Positions 32,521 through 36,723 of a DNA stretch of 36,723 nucleotides are shown one piece after another. Both the position numbers and the translations under genes were made by a program. The notes under the pieces were generated by a model, which saw only the letters and a program-made list of their open reading frames with translations, made no database searches and was not told the origin of the DNA. How positions within the stretch are numbered: position 1 is the first letter of the stretch; every line of letters begins with the position of its first letter. Source of the DNA: an uncultured Candidatus Saccharibacteria bacterium (GTDB taxonomy: Bacteria; Patescibacteriota; Minisyncoccia; UBA10092). The DNA lies in NCBI GenBank assembly GCA_964553885.1, contig CAZKLP010000004.1, positions 1 to 36,723 on the forward strand. Reading direction: 5' to 3'.

Positions 32521-33233
32521 ATTTACAAAAAATATCCGGCCTTCCAATTTCTTTTGACGAAAAGAAAATGGATTTAGAGTTTCATGGAGATTTCCCGGCT
32601 ATAAAAAAATCTGAAAGAAGCTTGGAAGAGTTAAAACCCTATTTAAAAAATTTCAATATTAAAAACGGGCCTAGTCCGATCTACCGCGTCTGGCGCTATG
32701 TTCATTTGGCGTCCAATCTGCGGTATGACTTAACGCTTGTGCCGTCGGGAATTATCGGTGACGAATTTGTTAAAACCGCCGGCCATTACCACAAACCGTA
32801 TCCGGAAGTTTACGAAGTGCTTTTGGGACGCGCCTATTTTTTAATTCAATCGGAATCAGAGGTCTATTTGGCCGAGGCCGATCCCGGAGAAAAATTCATA
32901 ATTCCGCCGGGTTTTGGCCATAATACGATAAATGTTTGGAACGAGCCTCTTTTAATGGCCAACTTTATAAGTGAAAAAGCCGAATATGATTACGAACCCT
33001 ATAAAAATAATCATGGCGCAATGTATTATTTTCTAAAAAATGACAATTTAATTGACATTGTTAAAAACCCGAATTATGATTCCGTTCCGGAAATCCAAAA
33101 AATCAGGACTCAAGAATATCCCGAATTTGGTTTGGTAAAAAACCAACCGATTTATAGCTTGGTTAACGATTTGGAGAAGTTAAGATTTTTGAATTATCCT
33201 GAAGCATTTGAGGGCGAGTGGCGAAATTGGTAG
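32511..33233 (+). CDS. Cupin-type (archaeal-type) glucose-6-phosphate isomerase
   Basis: TAGHYHKPYPEVYEVLLGRAYFLIQ and PPGFGHNTINV cupin metal motifs. Start trimmed to the ATG at 32511 after GGAAAGGG. The last 22 nt overlap tRNA-Leu. Confidence 0.7.
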   Translation: MAIDLQKISGLPISFDEKKMDLEFHGDFPAIKKSERSLEELKPYLKNFNIKNGPSPIYRVWRYVHLASNLRYDLTLVPSGIIGDEFVKTAGHYHKPYPEVYEVLLGRAYFLIQSESEVYLAEADPGEKFIIPPGFGHNTINVWNEPLLMANFISEKAEYDYEPYKNNHGAMYYFLKNDNLIDIVKNPNYDSVPEIQKIRTQEYPEFGLVKNQPIYSLVNDLEKLRFLNYPEAFEGEWRNW

Positions 33234-33295
33234 ACGCGCAGCGTTCAGGGCGCTGTAATCGAAAGGTTGTGGGAGTTCGACTCTCCCCTCGCCCA
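33212..33295 (+). tRNA. tRNA-Leu (anticodon CAG), class II
   Basis: Acceptor GGGCGAG/CTCGCCC, anticodon loop TTCAGGG, 15-nt variable arm, GGGAG-TTCGACT-CTCCC T arm. Confidence 0.9.
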
Positions 33296-33300
33296 TAAAC

Positions 33301-33329
33301 TTGTTTTTATTTTATTATAGTGATAAACT
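33301..33329 (+). promoter_or_regulatory. Possible promoter of the TA operon; predicts a leaderless mRNA
   Basis: TTGTTT, a 17-nt spacer, TAAACT, then 9 nt to the ATG at 33339. Confidence 0.4.
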
Positions 33330-33338
33330 AAACCTAAT

Positions 33339-33566
33339 ATGACAACAATCACTATCCCTCAGAAGTTAAAAGAAACCGACCTTATTGCCATTCCTCACAA
33401 AGAATATGTGGAGTTTTCTAACTGGCGCAAATTTATAAAATCATTTAAAACTTTTACTCCCACGACCACTGAAAAAAGAGCGCTTCAAAGAGCTAGAGAA
33501 GATTACAAAAAAGGTAAGTATCTCACTATTAGTGAACTCAAACATAAACTGGGCATTAAGAGTTAG
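33339..33566 (+). CDS. Putative type II antitoxin
   Basis: 75-aa ORF overlapping the RelE/ParE-like toxin gene by 35 nt. No specific family recognised. Confidence 0.55.
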   Translation: MTTITIPQKLKETDLIAIPHKEYVEFSNWRKFIKSFKTFTPTTTEKRALQRAREDYKKGKYLTISELKHKLGIKS

Positions 33567-33801
33567 AAGTAGTGTTTACAAAGAACTCTCTAAATTACCT
33601 CTGGAAGAACAAGGGCGAATTACTGAAGTGATTGAAAATTTGCCGCATAATCCTTATGCCGGTGATTTGGAAAAAATAAAAGACGAAGAAAATACATGGC
33701 GGAGACGAATTGGGAATTACCGTATTTTTTACGAGATTATTCCTATAAATAGAGCAATATACGTTTTTCATATTGAAAGACGAACTTCAAACACATATTA
33801 A
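33532..33801 (+). CDS. RelE/ParE-family type II toxin
   Basis: WRRRIGNYRIFYEIIPINRAIYVFHIERRTSNTY matches the RelE/ParE C-terminal pattern. GTG start. Confidence 0.75.
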   Translation: MNSNINWALRVRSSVYKELSKLPLEEQGRITEVIENLPHNPYAGDLEKIKDEENTWRRRIGNYRIFYEIIPINRAIYVFHIERRTSNTY

Positions 33802-33804
33802 TTT

Positions 33805-36653
<2,849 letters not shown>

Positions 36654-36658
36654 TTAGT

Positions 36659-36687
36659 ATTATCCCACTTCTTTTACAATTTATCAA
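36659..36687 (-). promoter_or_regulatory. Possible promoter of trpS
   Basis: Minus strand reads TTGATA, a 17-nt spacer, GATAAT, then 14 nt to the first ATG. Confidence 0.45.
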
Positions 36688-36723
36688 TATGGAGAACAAA
36701 ATGCCACGACTACTCTAGCTTGT

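Overview
The window is AT-rich by eye (not computed), gene-dense and mostly minus-strand housekeeping DNA. Gene content suggests a small-genome Patescibacteria/CPR-like bacterium; that is an inference from a minimal dcw cluster, archaeal-type enzymes and PaaX/Cas2-like paralogs. The standard genetic code applies, because TGA terminates 3545..4096, 7150..7491 and rplJ. Recognisable genes are hrcA (partial, with CIRCE), a deaminase, a CorA-like protein, cysS, a Nudix hydrolase, dnaB, recR, rplU, a presenilin-like protease, a glgP-like gene, murF, ddl, ftsI, ftsL-like, rsmH, mraZ, an RRM protein, rplL, rplJ, guaB, a PRTase, trmD, a KH protein, rpsP, groEL, groES, secG, an orphan SBP, a cupin-type PGI, a RelE/ParE TA pair, rnj and trpS. 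There are three tRNAs: Glu-CUC, Val-CAC and Leu-CAG. Five things stood out. (1) A ~36-nt GC-rich twin-hairpin element occurs three times. It is embedded in frame in recR and ddl in different reading frames, and in opposite orientation it forms the C-terminus and stop codon of rplJ. A 34-bp perfect palindrome sits inside trmD, and its arms recur in an intergenic 166-nt structured element. This resembles coding-region invasion by miniature palindromic elements. (2) An insulated two-gene module lies between guaB and the L10 leader: a 782-aa HTH/wHTH-metallophosphoesterase fusion plus a small HNH-like protein. I cannot assign it to any named system. (3) Two PaaX/Cas2-like paralogs are each bracketed by their own CGATCG-centred palindromes, and one paralog carries an in-frame TGA. 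(4) The presenilin/SPP-like protease, the cupin PGI, a GlgP-type phosphorylase lacking the PLP lysine and a CorA-like protein without GMN are unusual in family or in catalytic motif. (5) A recurrent -35/-10 then N6-9 then ATG architecture implies leaderless mRNAs. All coordinates and alignments were done by hand from the sequence, and no database search was possible.
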